Assembly: GCF_000406145.1 (NCBI RefSeq)
Contig: NZ_CM001976.1
Span: 4,117,472-4,149,471 of the forward strand
DNA from: Dickeya dadantii NCPPB 898
GTDB lineage: Bacteria; Pseudomonadota; Gammaproteobacteria; Enterobacterales; Enterobacteriaceae
Length of the DNA: 32,000 nt
Reading direction: 5' to 3'
The position numbers and the translations under genes are program-made. How positions within the stretch are numbered: position 1 is the stretch's first letter; every line of letters starts with the position of its first letter. The notes under the pieces are model-generated. The model was not told where the DNA came from. It worked only from the letters and a program-made list of their open reading frames with translations, and searched no databases. This document shows positions 1 through 8,879 of this stretch, piece after piece.

Positions 1-465
1 CAGGTTACAGTTGATGCCTTCTTTTTCCAGCTGCTCGGCGGCGCAGATACCCTGCCAGGTGGACGCCAGTTTGATCAGAATACGGTCGTTGCTGATGCCG
101 GCATCGTTGTACAGTTTGATCAGGCGCTTCGCTTTGGCGACGCTGGCCTTGGTGTCATAGGAAAGACGGGCGTCCACTTCGGTGGAGATGCGCCCTGGAA
201 TCAACTTGAGAATTTCCAGACCGATATTAACCGCCAGTTTGTCCGTCGCATCGACAACCTGTTGCTCACGTTTGTCGCTCTGCGCACGTGCCCAGGCCAC
301 AGCGTCATCAATCAGCGCACGGTATTCCGGGATTTGCGCGGCATTCAGAATCAGGGAAGGGTTGGTGGTGGCGTCCTGCGGCTGGTAAAGCTTCATTGCC
401 GCGATATCGCCGGTATCCGCCACCACAGTGGTGAATTGGCGTAGGGAAGTCAGTTTATCCGTCAT
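1..465 (-). CDS. talB: Transaldolase B, N-terminal 155 codons. The 3' part runs off the left edge of the window.
   Basis: This gene is absent from the ORF track because it has no stop codon in the window. The reverse-strand ATG at 465-463 opens a frame that stays open to base 1. It reads [50 protein letters not shown]...[20 protein letters not shown]...[20 protein letters not shown], which closely matches the E. coli TalB N-terminus as I remember it. Confidence 0.92.
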   Translation of the reverse strand, partial: MTDKLTSLRQFTTVVADTGDIAAMKLYQPQDATTNPSLILNAAQIPEYRALIDDAVAWARAQSDKREQQVVDATDKLAVNIGLEILKLIPGRISTEVDARLSYDTKASVAKAKRLIKLYNDAGISNDRILIKLASTWQGICAAEQLEKEGINCNL

Positions 466-768
466 GTTGGCCTTTCTCATTGTTTGTGCATGAACTGGTG
501 GCAGGAACTGTCGCCAGAGCCTGATAATAACACGCGCCCAAGCCCGCGCAAGCGGACCAGAAAAAAACCGCACGCTAGAAAAAACATATTTTTTCAATTA
601 AAAATCAACAAAGTAAGTGTCATTGTTTTTTCTTTTCTCTCTATTTTTGATGAAAAAACGCACGAGAGCCTAAACAACGCTGATTTATCGCGCCTGTCGC
701 AGCCATCGCCCCTTTTTTACCGGCTTTTGCTACAGTAAGGCCATTCAAGACACCAACGGGATACGTTT

Positions 769-1548
769 ATGCTGATCACCCTTTCACCTGCCAAAACGCT
801 GGATTACACCAGCCCGCTGCCTACGCAACGCTATACGCAACCCGAACTGCTGGATTATTCCCGGCAACTGATTAAACACTGCAAACAACTGACCCCGGCG
901 GATATTGCTTCGCTGATGGGCATTAGCGACAAGCTGGCGGACCTGAATGCGGCCCGTTTTCAGGAATGGCATCCGGCGTTTTCGCCGGATAACGCGCGTC
1001 AGGCGCTGCTGGCGTTCAAAGGCGATGTCTACACCGGGCTGGCGGCGGAAGATTTCAACGAGGCGGATTTCGATTTCGCCCAACAGCATCTGCGTATTCT
1101 GTCCGGTCTGTACGGCGTGCTGCGGCCGCTGGACCTGATGCAGCCTTACCGGCTGGAAATGGGCATCCGGCTGAAAAACGACGCAGGCAACGACCTGTAT
1201 AAGTTCTGGGGCGATACCATCACCGAAACGCTCAATCAGGCACTGAAAGCGCAGAACGACGATATTCTGATCAATCTGGCGTCCGACGAATACTTCAAAT
1301 CCGTCAAACCGGCCAAACTCAACGCGCGGCTGATAAAACCGGTCTTTCTCGATGAAAAGAACGGCAAATTCAAGGTGATCAGCTTCTACGCCAAGAAGGC
1401 GCGCGGCCTGATGAGCCGTTTCATCATTCAGAACCGCCTGACCACGCCGGAGCAACTGAAAGACTTTGACAGCGAAGGCTATTACTTTGACGCCGCCGAT
1501 TCCTCGGCTGACGAACTGATCTTCAAGCGCCACGAACGCGACGCCTGA
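769..1548 (+). CDS. yaaA: Peroxide stress protein YaaA (UPF0246/DUF328 family)
   Basis: The 259-aa ORF starts [13 protein letters not shown] and contains FKGDVYTGL and YRLEMG motifs typical of YaaA. It has the conserved position next to the thr operon. Confidence 0.9.
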   Translation: MLITLSPAKTLDYTSPLPTQRYTQPELLDYSRQLIKHCKQLTPADIASLMGISDKLADLNAARFQEWHPAFSPDNARQALLAFKGDVYTGLAAEDFNEADFDFAQQHLRILSGLYGVLRPLDLMQPYRLEMGIRLKNDAGNDLYKFWGDTITETLNQALKAQNDDILINLASDEYFKSVKPAKLNARLIKPVFLDEKNGKFKVISFYAKKARGLMSRFIIQNRLTTPEQLKDFDSEGYYFDAADSSADELIFKRHERDA

Positions 1549-1558
1549 CAACACGCGT

Positions 1559-1610
1559 TATTCGTTAGACAAACGAATACGGCCGGAAAGCGGTTTCCCC
1601 CTTTCCGGCC
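1559..1610. terminator. Two adjacent stem-loops in the convergent yaaA/thrC gap; a putative bidirectional terminator without a clean U-tract
   Basis: Hairpin 1 is tattcgtt-agaca-aacgaata (1559-1579). Hairpin 2 is ggccggaaag-N10-ctttccggcc (1581-1610, 10-bp stem). The pair lies 11 nt after the yaaA stop and 64 nt after the thrC stop. Confidence 0.5.
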
Positions 1611-1666
1611 GTAATGCCTTCCTGCCGTAATGCACTTCCGCGGTAATGCACTCCCGCGGTAATAAA
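1608..1666. repeat. Degenerate tandem repeat, about 3.6 copies of a 16-17 bp unit containing GTAATGC
   Basis: The units read gccgtaatgccttcct / gccgtaatgcacttccg / cggtaatgcactcccg / cggtaataaa. The array ends 8 nt before the thrC stop codon. Confidence 0.7.
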
Positions 1667-1673
1667 TTGAAGA

Positions 1674-2963
1674 TTAGTGCGGCAGTTCCATCAGGAATTT
1701 GCGCAACTGCGCGAAGTCCGGCGCGAAGTGGTGTGACAGCAGCGGCTGGTCGGCGCGTTCAGCCAGCGCGGTTGGCAACGGCAGTGCCTTACCAAGAATC
1801 TCTTCCACGCTCTCCTTGAACTTCGCCGGATGGGCGGTGCCCAGGAACAGGCCGTACTCGCCCGGCTGCAACTGATCGCGCAACAAACGGTACGCAATCG
1901 CCGCATGCGGCTCAGAGGTATATCCCAACGCCTCCAGTTCCAGCATGGTAGCTTTGGTGGTCTCATCGCTCACCGCACCGAACGCCAGTTCCTTCAGTTG
2001 CCAGTTCTTGCGACGGAACAATTCTTCCACACGCGGCCAGTTGTTCGGCTGGCTCACATCCATCGCGTTGGACAACGTCGCCACAGTCGGATTCGGTTGC
2101 CAGCTTCCGTTTTGCAGAAAACGCGGCACTGTGTCGTTGGCGTTGGTGGCGGCGATAAAACGTTTCACCGGCAAGCCCAGCGATTTCGCCAGCAGACCGG
2201 CGGTCAGGTCACCGAAGTTGCCGCTCGGCACCGAGATCACCAGTTGATTGCGGGCTTCCTGCGGCAACTGCGCCACCGCTTCGAAGTAGTAGCTGATCTG
2301 CGCCAGCAGACGGCTGATGTTGATGGAGTTGGCGGAGTTCAGCCCTATCGCACGTTTCAGTTCTTCGTCATCGAACGCTTGTTTCACCAGCGCCTGACAG
2401 GCGTCGAAATCGCTGTCGACGGCGATAGTGTGGATATTGCCGCCCAGCGTACAGAACAGTTTTTCCTGCAACGGGCTGATCTTGCCGTTCGGGTACAGAA
2501 TCACCACCCGCACATTCTTCAGGCCGTAAAACGCATGCGCGACCGCTGCGCCGGTGTCGCCCGAGGTGGCGGTCAGAATCGTGATCTGTTGATCGCCCGC
2601 GACTTCCGCCAGCATCTGCGCCATCAGGCGGCCGCCGAAGTCCTTGAACGCCAGCGTCGGGCCGTGAAACAGCTCCAGCGCGGCGATGTCCTCGCTCACC
2701 GGGACTACCGGCGCCGGAAAGCGGAAAGCCGCTTTAACGCGCTGATAGACGATTTCATCGGACATTTCATCACCAATGAACGCCGACAGAATGCGGCTGC
2801 TGCGGGTGACAAAATCCTGCTCCAGCAGTTCATCAATCGTCGTGCGGTCGAATTCCGGCAGCTCCAGCGGGAAAAACAGGCCCTGATTACTTCCCAGCCC
2901 TTTGCGGATCGCTTCGGCGAAATTCACCTGTTCATTGTGATCTTTCAGATTGTACAGTTTCAT
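1674..2963 (-). CDS. thrC: Threonine synthase
   Basis: The 429-aa ORF starts MKLYNLKDHNEQVNFAEA. It carries the PLP-site context FHGPTLAFKDFGG and is the last gene of the thrABC order. Confidence 0.97.
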   Translation of the reverse strand: MKLYNLKDHNEQVNFAEAIRKGLGSNQGLFFPLELPEFDRTTIDELLEQDFVTRSSRILSAFIGDEMSDEIVYQRVKAAFRFPAPVVPVSEDIAALELFHGPTLAFKDFGGRLMAQMLAEVAGDQQITILTATSGDTGAAVAHAFYGLKNVRVVILYPNGKISPLQEKLFCTLGGNIHTIAVDSDFDACQALVKQAFDDEELKRAIGLNSANSINISRLLAQISYYFEAVAQLPQEARNQLVISVPSGNFGDLTAGLLAKSLGLPVKRFIAATNANDTVPRFLQNGSWQPNPTVATLSNAMDVSQPNNWPRVEELFRRKNWQLKELAFGAVSDETTKATMLELEALGYTSEPHAAIAYRLLRDQLQPGEYGLFLGTAHPAKFKESVEEILGKALPLPTALAERADQPLLSHHFAPDFAQLRKFLMELPH

Positions 2964-2966
2964 GCG

Positions 2967-3896
2967 TTATCCCAATTGTCGCGCGCCTGCGGTATCCAGA
3001 CGGCAAATATGAACAAAACCTTCGTCGTTCTGCAGATAGTTTTCCCGCAGCCAGCTTGCCAGACGTTCCGCGGCGCCCATGTTATTGCACACGGAGAACA
3101 GCGTCGGCCCGGAGCCTGAAATGCCGCAGGCCAGCGCGCCCAACTCGTTGGCGGCCTGACGCGCTTCGGCAAAACCGGGCAACAGACGCGTCCGGTAAGG
3201 CTCGGCGATCACGTCTTTCATCAGGGTCGCCGCCAGTTCCGCCTGGCCGGTATGGCAGGCGTGGATAAAGCCCGCCAGATAACGGCCGTGGCTGATGCAA
3301 TCCTGACGACGGTACTGCGCCGGCAGGATCGCCCGCGCTTCGGCCGTGGACACCTTGATGCCCGGATAGGCCATCACCCACAGCCAGTCGTCAAATCCCG
3401 GTACCGGCTGACTGACGATGCCCATCTCTTCCACCATCAGTTGGATGCCGCCTAGGAAGCACGGCGCCACGTTGTCGTAATGCACGCTACCGGAAATGCG
3501 TCCTTCCAGCTCGCCCATCAGCGTCAACAAACGGGTATCGTCCAACGGTTTGCCGCAGAATTCGTTCATCGCCATCAGGCCGGCGACCACCGAACAAGCG
3601 CTGGACCCCAGCCCGGAGCCGATCGGCATGTTTTTTTCCAACGTCATGGCGACCGGCACGGTCTTGCCGATCTCCTGACAGAAGCGCTCCCAGCACTGAT
3701 AAACGATGTTTTCTTTCGGGTTGTCCGGCAGCTTGCTGACAAAACGCCCTTCGTTATGCAGGCTAAACAGCTCGGCTTCCCGCACGGTCACGCAATCGCC
3801 TAACAGGGTGCCGTCCACCGGCGACACCGCCGCGCCCAGCACGTCAAACCCCACGCTCACATTCCCGATGGATGCCGGGGCATAAATCTTCACCAT
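2967..3896 (-). CDS. thrB: Homoserine kinase
   Basis: The ORF track frame runs 2967-3917. I place the start at the ATG 3896-3894 ([21 protein letters not shown]), which matches the E. coli ThrB N-terminus. It is preceded by GGGAG and lies 2 nt after the thrA stop. The GHMP kinase motif [10 protein letters not shown] is present. Confidence 0.95.
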   Translation of the reverse strand: MVKIYAPASIGNVSVGFDVLGAAVSPVDGTLLGDCVTVREAELFSLHNEGRFVSKLPDNPKENIVYQCWERFCQEIGKTVPVAMTLEKNMPIGSGLGSSACSVVAGLMAMNEFCGKPLDDTRLLTLMGELEGRISGSVHYDNVAPCFLGGIQLMVEEMGIVSQPVPGFDDWLWVMAYPGIKVSTAEARAILPAQYRRQDCISHGRYLAGFIHACHTGQAELAATLMKDVIAEPYRTRLLPGFAEARQAANELGALACGISGSGPTLFSVCNNMGAAERLASWLRENYLQNDEGFVHICRLDTAGARQLG

Positions 3897-3898
3897 TC

Positions 3899-6355
3899 TC
3901 ACACTCCCACCTTCCACGACAGCGTACGCAGCAGGTCTGCAAACACCCCGGCCGCCGTTACATCATTGCCCGCCCCGTAGCCCCGCAACACCAGCGGCAG
4001 CGGCTGGTAGTAACGGCTGTAAAACGCCAGCGCGTTCTCGCCGTCCTTCACCTTGAACAGCGGATCGTTGCCGCCCACCGCGCTGATCGTCACCTGGCAC
4101 TTGCCGTCGTCGATCTTGCCGACGTAGCGTAACACTTTACCTTCTGACCGCGCCGCTTCAACCCGGCGGGAAAATTCGGCGTCCAGTTCCGGCAGGCGCG
4201 CCAGGAAACTGGCGACATCGCCCTGTGCATATTCCGGCGGCAGCACGGAGTCGACCTGAATGTCATCCAGCTCCAGTTCATAACCTGCTTCACGCGCCAA
4301 AATCAGCAGCTTGCGCGCCACGTCCATTCCGGACAGGTCGTCGCGCGGATCCGGCTCGGTAAAGCCTTTCTCTTTCGCCAGCAAGGTCGCGTCGGACAGC
4401 GACATGCCTTCATCCAGCTTACCGAAGATAAAGGACAACGAACCGGACAGAATACCGTTGAAGCGAATCAGCTCATCACCGGCGTTCAGCAGGTTTTGCA
4501 GGTTTTCGATTACCGGCAGACCAGCACCGACGTTGGTGTCATACAGGAACTTGCGGCGAGATTTGGCCGCCGCCTGACGCAACTGGTGGTAATAACGCAG
4601 TGTGCCTGTGTTGGCTTTCTTGTTGGGCGTGACGACATGGAAGCCGTCCGCCAGGAAATCGGCGTATTGATCGGCAACCGCCTGGCTGGAGGTACAGTCG
4701 ATGATTACCGGGTTCAGCAAGTGATACTCTTTCACCAGCCGGCTAAGCGCGGCCGGGCTAAACGGCTCACGCGCCCGCGCCAGCTCGTCGCGCCAGCGAT
4801 CCATCGGAATACCGTGCACGTTGGTCAGCATCGCTTTGGAGTTGGCGATGCCGCATACCCGCACGTCGATGTGTTTTTGTTTCAGCCACGGCTGCTGACG
4901 CTGGATCTGCTCCAGCAATGCGCCGCCGACGCCGCCGACGCCAATCACGAACACGTCCAGCGCCTGATTGGTGTTGAACAGCATCTGGTGAGCCACCCGC
5001 ACGCCGGTGGTCGCTACGTCATTGTTCACCACCACTGAAATCGAGCGTTCGGACGAGCCCTGAGCGATCGCCACGATGTTGATGTTGGCGCTGGCCAACG
5101 CGGTGAACAGCCGAGCCGACAGACCGCGCAGCGTGCGCATGCCGTCGCCCACCACGGAAATGATCGCCAGCCGCTGCACCACGTCCAGCGGCTCCAGCAC
5201 ACCCTCTTTCAGTTCCAGATAGAATTCATCTTCCAGCGTTTTGCGCGCGCGCGGCAGCTCACTCTGGGACACGCAGAAGCTGATGCTGTATTCGGAAGAG
5301 GACTGGGTGATGAGCACCACCGAGATACCGGCGCGGGACATCGCGGCGAACACACGCGCCGCCATCCCGACCATCCCTTTCATTCCGGGGCCGGAAACGT
5401 TGATCATCGCCATGTTGTTCAGGTTGGTGATGCCTTTGACCGGGTACTGGTTATCGTTGCTTTCCAGCCCGATCAGCGTGCCGGGGGCCTGAGGATTTTC
5501 GGTGTTCTTGATAAGGCAGGGAATCTGGAACTGGGCGATGGGGGCGATAGTGCGGGGGTGGAGAACTTTGGCGCCGAAGTAGGACAACTCCATCGCTTCC
5601 TGATAAGACATCGACTTCAGTAATCGCGCATCCGGCACCTGGCGTGGGTCACAGGTGTACACGCCGTCGACGTCAGTCCAGATCTCACAGCAGTCGGCCC
5701 GCAGACACGCCGCCAGCACCGCCGCCGAATAATCGGAGCCGTTGCGGCCCAGCACCACCAGCTCGCCTTTATCGTTACCGGCGGTAAAACCCGCCATCAG
5801 AATCACATGGTCAGCGGGGATCGCCTGCTCATCAATGCGACGGGTGGACTCAGCGATATCGACCGTGGATTCCAGATAATGGCCCTGCGCCAGCAGGCTG
5901 CGCACCGGGTCAATGACCGATACCTGATAACCACGCGCCTGAAATACTGCTTCCATGATGGCGATGGAGAGTTTTTCGCCCCGGCAGATAATGGCGGCGT
6001 TGACGCTGTCCGGGCACTGCCCCAGCAAGGCGATGCCATGCAGCACCTGTTTGAGTTGGCTAAATTCTTCATCCACCCGCGCTTTCAGCCGGTCATAGGC
6101 AAAACCGGGCTGGGATTGCGCCAGTCCTTGCAGCAAATCGGCAAAAATGACTTCCGCTTCGGTGATATTTGGCTGGATATCCTGTTTAGCCACGGTTTTT
6201 TCAATCATGGCCACCAAGTGGTTGGTGATTTTCGCCGGTGCCGACAACACCGTGGCGACCTGTCCCTGACGTGCATTGCTTTCGATGATATCGGCAACGC
6301 GCGCAAATCGTTCTGCGTTGGCTACCGAGGTCCCGCCAAATTTCAACACTCGCAT
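3899..6355 (-). CDS. thrA: Bifunctional aspartokinase I / homoserine dehydrogenase I
   Basis: The ORF frame runs 3899-6388. I place the start at the ATG 6355-6353 ([17 protein letters not shown]), as in E. coli ThrA, with AGGAGAA 9 nt upstream. That gives 818 aa against about 820 in E. coli. The 11 upstream codons lie in the leader. Confidence 0.96.
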   Translation of the reverse strand: MRVLKFGGTSVANAERFARVADIIESNARQGQVATVLSAPAKITNHLVAMIEKTVAKQDIQPNITEAEVIFADLLQGLAQSQPGFAYDRLKARVDEEFSQLKQVLHGIALLGQCPDSVNAAIICRGEKLSIAIMEAVFQARGYQVSVIDPVRSLLAQGHYLESTVDIAESTRRIDEQAIPADHVILMAGFTAGNDKGELVVLGRNGSDYSAAVLAACLRADCCEIWTDVDGVYTCDPRQVPDARLLKSMSYQEAMELSYFGAKVLHPRTIAPIAQFQIPCLIKNTENPQAPGTLIGLESNDNQYPVKGITNLNNMAMINVSGPGMKGMVGMAARVFAAMSRAGISVVLITQSSSEYSISFCVSQSELPRARKTLEDEFYLELKEGVLEPLDVVQRLAIISVVGDGMRTLRGLSARLFTALASANINIVAIAQGSSERSISVVVNNDVATTGVRVAHQMLFNTNQALDVFVIGVGGVGGALLEQIQRQQPWLKQKHIDVRVCGIANSKAMLTNVHGIPMDRWRDELARAREPFSPAALSRLVKEYHLLNPVIIDCTSSQAVADQYADFLADGFHVVTPNKKANTGTLRYYHQLRQAAAKSRRKFLYDTNVGAGLPVIENLQNLLNAGDELIRFNGILSGSLSFIFGKLDEGMSLSDATLLAKEKGFTEPDPRDDLSGMDVARKLLILAREAGYELELDDIQVDSVLPPEYAQGDVASFLARLPELDAEFSRRVEAARSEGKVLRYVGKIDDGKCQVTISAVGGNDPLFKVKDGENALAFYSRYYQPLPLVLRGYGAGNDVTAAGVFADLLRTLSWKVGV

Positions 6356-6468
6356 TTTTGTCTGTTCTCCTGAACTTTCAGTTGCCAAAAACGCCGGGAG
6401 CGTTTTTGAAAGCCATTTGCAATGGCCTTACTAAGGTTGGCGGGCAAGAATAAGCCCGCAGTAACTGT

Positions 6469-6500
6469 AAAAAAAAAGACCCGCACTGTGAAGTGCGGGC
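6469..6500 (-). terminator. thr attenuator: intrinsic terminator of the thr leader
   Basis: The minus strand reads GCCCGCACTTCACAGTGCGGGTC followed by nine T. The upstream GGTGCGGGCTGA at the end of thrL (6525-6536) can pair with the left arm GCCCGC as an antiterminator. This is the same architecture as the E. coli thr attenuator. Confidence 0.9.
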
Positions 6501-6524
6501 TTTTTCTGGATTCATCTGTACGCG

Positions 6525-6596
6525 TCAGCCCGCACCGTTACTCGTCGTACCGGTGGTAATAATAATGGTGGTGGTAACCAGGCTGATGTGATGCAT
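6525..6596 (-). CDS. thrL: thr operon leader peptide (23 aa, Thr/Ile-rich)
   Basis: The minus strand reads ATG CAT CAC ATC AGC CTG GTT ACC ACC ACC ATT ATT ATT ACC ACC GGT ACG ACG AGT AAC GGT GCG GGC TGA, which translates to MHHISLVTTTIIITTGTTSNGAG. It is too short for the ORF track. Position and composition match thrL. Confidence 0.9.
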   Translation of the reverse strand: MHHISLVTTTIIITTGTTSNGAG

Positions 6597-6636
6597 TGCG
6601 TAACGTTCTCGTAGATCGAAAAATTATCTGCTCTAT

Positions 6637-6665
6637 TAGTTAGGGCAATCGCCCTGCTAAGTCAA
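6637..6665 (-). promoter_or_regulatory. Putative sigma-70 promoter of the thr operon
   Basis: The minus strand shows TTGACT (6665-6660), a 17-nt spacer and TAACTA (6642-6637). This sits about 40 nt upstream of the thrL ATG. As I recall, the E. coli thr promoter also has a TTGACT -35 element. Confidence 0.6.
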
Positions 6666-6790
6666 CGGATTTCTTTATTCCTCCCTCCACTTTACGCCAA
6701 TGACGGCGGATAAAGTCTCTATGGAAAAACCAAAAACCCAAACAATGATTCAGAAAAAACAATCAACCGTGATGATTCGCCAGAGAATCC

Positions 6791-7492
6791 TCATTTTTCC
6801 TGATCTTCTGCCGATAGTGCTTTTTCCACATCATGCAACAGCCGATGCAACATGGCGCTATCGCGCTGCTCCAGTAACCCGAGCCGTTGTTGCAGCCAGT
6901 CGCGCAGTTTTTCATCCTGTTGTGCATCGACCCGAACCAGCAAGCGTGAAAACCGCTCGCGCAACGCCGCCAGTTGCCCGAACTCGGCCTGCGTCGGCTC
7001 GGCCGCGACCACCTGCATCAACGACGCCAGTTGATAGCAATACACCATCACCGCCTGACCCAGATTCAATGACGGATAGTCGGCCGCCATCGGCACGCCG
7101 GTCAGGATGTCCGCCAGCGCCAGTTCCTCATTGGTCAGCCCGGAATCTTCGCGCCCAAATACCAGCGCCGCAGAACTGACCCATTGACGCTTTTCCTCCA
7201 GCACGCTCAACAGTTGCGCCGGCTCGCAGTAGTAATGAAAACGGGCGCGGCTGCGGGCGGTGGTCGCCACTGTAAACTCAATATCCGCCAGCGCGTCGGC
7301 CAGCGTCGGAAAAACGTCTACTCCGTCAAGAATATCGCCGGAGCCGTGCGCCACCCAACGCGCCGCAGGCTCAAGATGAGCGGTACTGTCGACAATCCGC
7401 ATCCGGCCGAAACCCATGGTTTTCATGGCACGCGCCGCCGCACCGACGTTTTCGGCCCGGGCAGGCGCCACCAAAATGATATAAAACTGCAC
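6791..7492 (-). CDS. lasT: SpoU/TrmH-family tRNA/rRNA 2'-O-methyltransferase LasT (YjtD)
   Basis: The 233-aa ORF starts MQFYIILVAPARAENVGAAARAMKTMGF and contains GREDSGLTNEELALADILTGVPM...YPSLNLGQAVMVYCYQL. It is collinear with E. coli YjtD as I remember it, and it has the conserved position between thrL and arcA. Confidence 0.88.
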   Translation of the reverse strand: MQFYIILVAPARAENVGAAARAMKTMGFGRMRIVDSTAHLEPAARWVAHGSGDILDGVDVFPTLADALADIEFTVATTARSRARFHYYCEPAQLLSVLEEKRQWVSSAALVFGREDSGLTNEELALADILTGVPMAADYPSLNLGQAVMVYCYQLASLMQVVAAEPTQAEFGQLAALRERFSRLLVRVDAQQDEKLRDWLQQRLGLLEQRDSAMLHRLLHDVEKALSAEDQEK

Positions 7493-7647
7493 ACAACCTC
7501 CCAGCTAGCCTCCACAGGGCGCTGACAATCAGGGTTCGGCGATGATTTACGCCGGAAAATAAGTTGATACCGGGATTTGACGCCTCCCGACAGATGGCCT
7601 GAAACCACAGCCGCATTGGCGCGCGACCGGATGACGCGACGGGAATG

Positions 7648-7662
7648 GAAACGCTTCAGCTA
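7648..7662. promoter_or_regulatory. Cra(FruR)-like half-palindrome, identical over 15 nt to the core of the epd-upstream Cra box
   Basis: GAAACGCTTCAGCTA occurs here and again at 30558-30572. The left half reads GGAAAC instead of TGAAAC, so this is a weaker match to RSTGAAWCSNTHHW. A single 15-mer match in 32 kb is roughly what chance predicts. Confidence 0.25.
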
Positions 7663-7765
7663 TCAGCATTTATTATGCCGCAGCGAATATAAAAATGTTA
7701 AATTGTGATAGATAGCGGTATTCGTAGTGCGTTTTCCACAAATTGCTAACGTGCTACAATGAAAT

Positions 7766-7779
7766 TTGATATATGTCAA
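7766..7779. promoter_or_regulatory. FNR-like box TTGAT-ATAT-GTCAA in the arcA upstream region
   Basis: The box matches TTGAT-N4-ATCAA at 9 of 10 positions. It lies 276 nt upstream of the arcA ATG. It starts 6 nt downstream of an extended -10-like TGCTACAAT (7752-7760). Confidence 0.4.
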
Positions 7780-8054
7780 TGGAACCGTAGATTTGCCAGT
7801 CGGCGAAATCAGTGCTCACTGTTATGTTGCTGTTAATAAGGTTAAACTGTGCGCCACAATAAGCTCTGTTGAAAAACCTCATCGCCACCTGTTATCAGGC
7901 GCGCGTCGGGTGGAAACAAGTGCTTCAAAACGTATTTACGTACTTGAGTCAGTCGGCGAAAAAACGGTGAACACGATTTCCCAAAGCGCCCGAGAGAACC
8001 AGGACTTCTGTACTTTCGAATCTCTATATTAGTTGGCAATTTTAGGTAGCAAAC

Positions 8055-8771
8055 ATGCAGACCCCCCACATTCTTATTGTAGAAGACGAGTTGGTAACTC
8101 GTAACACCCTCAAAAGTATTTTTGAGGCCGAGGGATACGTTGTTCACGAAGCCACCGACGGCGCCGAGATGCATAACATCCTGTCTGAACATGACATCAA
8201 TCTGGTCATTATGGACATCAACCTGCCGGGCAAGAATGGTTTGTTGCTGGCGCGTGAACTGCGAGAGCAGGCGAGCGTGGCGCTGATGTTCCTGACCGGA
8301 CGCGATAACGAAGTCGACAAAATCCTGGGCCTGGAAATCGGCGCGGACGACTATATCACCAAACCGTTCAACCCACGTGAACTGACCATCCGCGCACGCA
8401 ATCTGCTGTCCCGCACCATGAATCTGGGCGGCGGCACCGAAGAGCGTCGTCTGGTGGAAAGCTACCGCTTCAACGGCTGGGAACTGGATATCAACAGCCG
8501 CTCGCTGGTCAGCCCGAACGGCGAGCAGTACAAACTGCCGCGCAGCGAATTCCGCGCCATGCTGCACTTCTGCGAGAACCCTGGAAAAATCCAGTCCCGT
8601 GCCGAGCTGCTGAAGAAAATGACCGGCCGCGAGTTGAAACCGCATGACCGCACGGTCGACGTTACCATTCGTCGTATCCGCAAACATTTCGAATCCACCG
8701 CCGATACGCCGGAAATCATCGCCACTATTCACGGCGAAGGTTATCGCTTCTGCGGCGATCTGGAAGACTGA
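8055..8771 (+). CDS. arcA: Aerobic respiration control response regulator ArcA (OmpR family)
   Basis: The 238-aa ORF starts [28 protein letters not shown] and ends [12 protein letters not shown], essentially the E. coli ArcA sequence. The upstream ttaggtagcaaacATG matches the E. coli start context as I remember it. Confidence 0.97.
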   Translation: MQTPHILIVEDELVTRNTLKSIFEAEGYVVHEATDGAEMHNILSEHDINLVIMDINLPGKNGLLLARELREQASVALMFLTGRDNEVDKILGLEIGADDYITKPFNPRELTIRARNLLSRTMNLGGGTEERRLVESYRFNGWELDINSRSLVSPNGEQYKLPRSEFRAMLHFCENPGKIQSRAELLKKMTGRELKPHDRTVDVTIRRIRKHFESTADTPEIIATIHGEGYRFCGDLED

Positions 8772-8808
8772 TTCTCAGCGCGCTTATCATGCGCCAGTAC
8801 GTAAAAAA

Positions 8809-8825
8809 GCCGGGTCTACCCCGGC
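8809..8825. terminator. Bidirectional intrinsic terminator between arcA and creA
   Basis: The hairpin is gccggg-tctac-cccggc. It is flanked by aaaaaa on the left and ttctttatttc on the right, giving a U-tract on either strand. Confidence 0.8.
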
Positions 8826-8827
8826 TT

Positions 8828-8866
8828 CTTTATTTCTGCTTTATTTCTGCGATCTTTTTATTTCTG
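8828..8866. repeat. Short tandem repeat: ctttatttctg twice, plus a variant copy
   Basis: The sequence reads ctttatttctg ctttatttctg cgatctttttatttctg, directly after the terminator hairpin. Confidence 0.7.
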
Positions 8867-8879
8867 GGATAGACAGCCG

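Noticed and set aside
484-738. An 84-aa ORF in the talB/yaaA divergent spacer
   Set aside because: It lies in an AT-rich promoter region. The sequence is basic and low in complexity, with no Shine-Dalgarno sequence and no family resemblance. The region is more plausibly two divergent promoters. E. coli yaaJ is simply absent here.
1830-3119. A 429-aa plus-strand ORF antisense to thrC and thrB. Similar long antisense ORFs occur at 784-1554 (-), 4496-5038 (+), 5807-6373 (+), 6700-7179 (+), 7842-8732 (-), 12232-12951 (+), 15024-15797 (-), 16794-17969 (+), 20780-21436 (+), 21437-22012 (+), 23408-24058 (-), 25921-26472 (+), 27041-28015 (+) and 29616-30458 (+).
   Set aside because: Each lies entirely opposite a highly conserved gene. 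Their products are Arg/Gln/His/Pro-rich and low in complexity, with no recognisable motifs or ribosome-binding sites. They are typical stop-poor shadow frames of GC3-rich genes.
3897-3917. N-terminal extensions suggested by the ORF track for thrB (to 3917), thrA (to 6388), rpiA (to 23080), argP (from 23147), slt (to 14280), yggE (to 24891), the IclR gene (to 25903) and the oxidoreductase (from 19567)
   Set aside because: In each case an internal start reproduces the N-terminus and length of the E. coli orthologue, or gives a proper signal peptide. That start also has a better ribosome-binding site or avoids overlapping the neighbouring gene or its regulatory elements.
7766-8032. An 88-aa plus-strand ORF, and a yjjY-like stretch on the minus strand (about 7850-7960) in the arcA upstream region
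   Set aside because: The plus-strand ORF begins with TTG inside the FNR-like box and has no Shine-Dalgarno sequence. The minus-strand stretch resembles the start of E. coli yjjY at the nucleotide level (TGACTCAAGTACGTAAATACGTT), as I remember it. Here the start codon is CTG, and the downstream peptide diverges completely. The conservation is therefore better explained by the arcA regulatory or 5' UTR sequence than by a conserved small protein.
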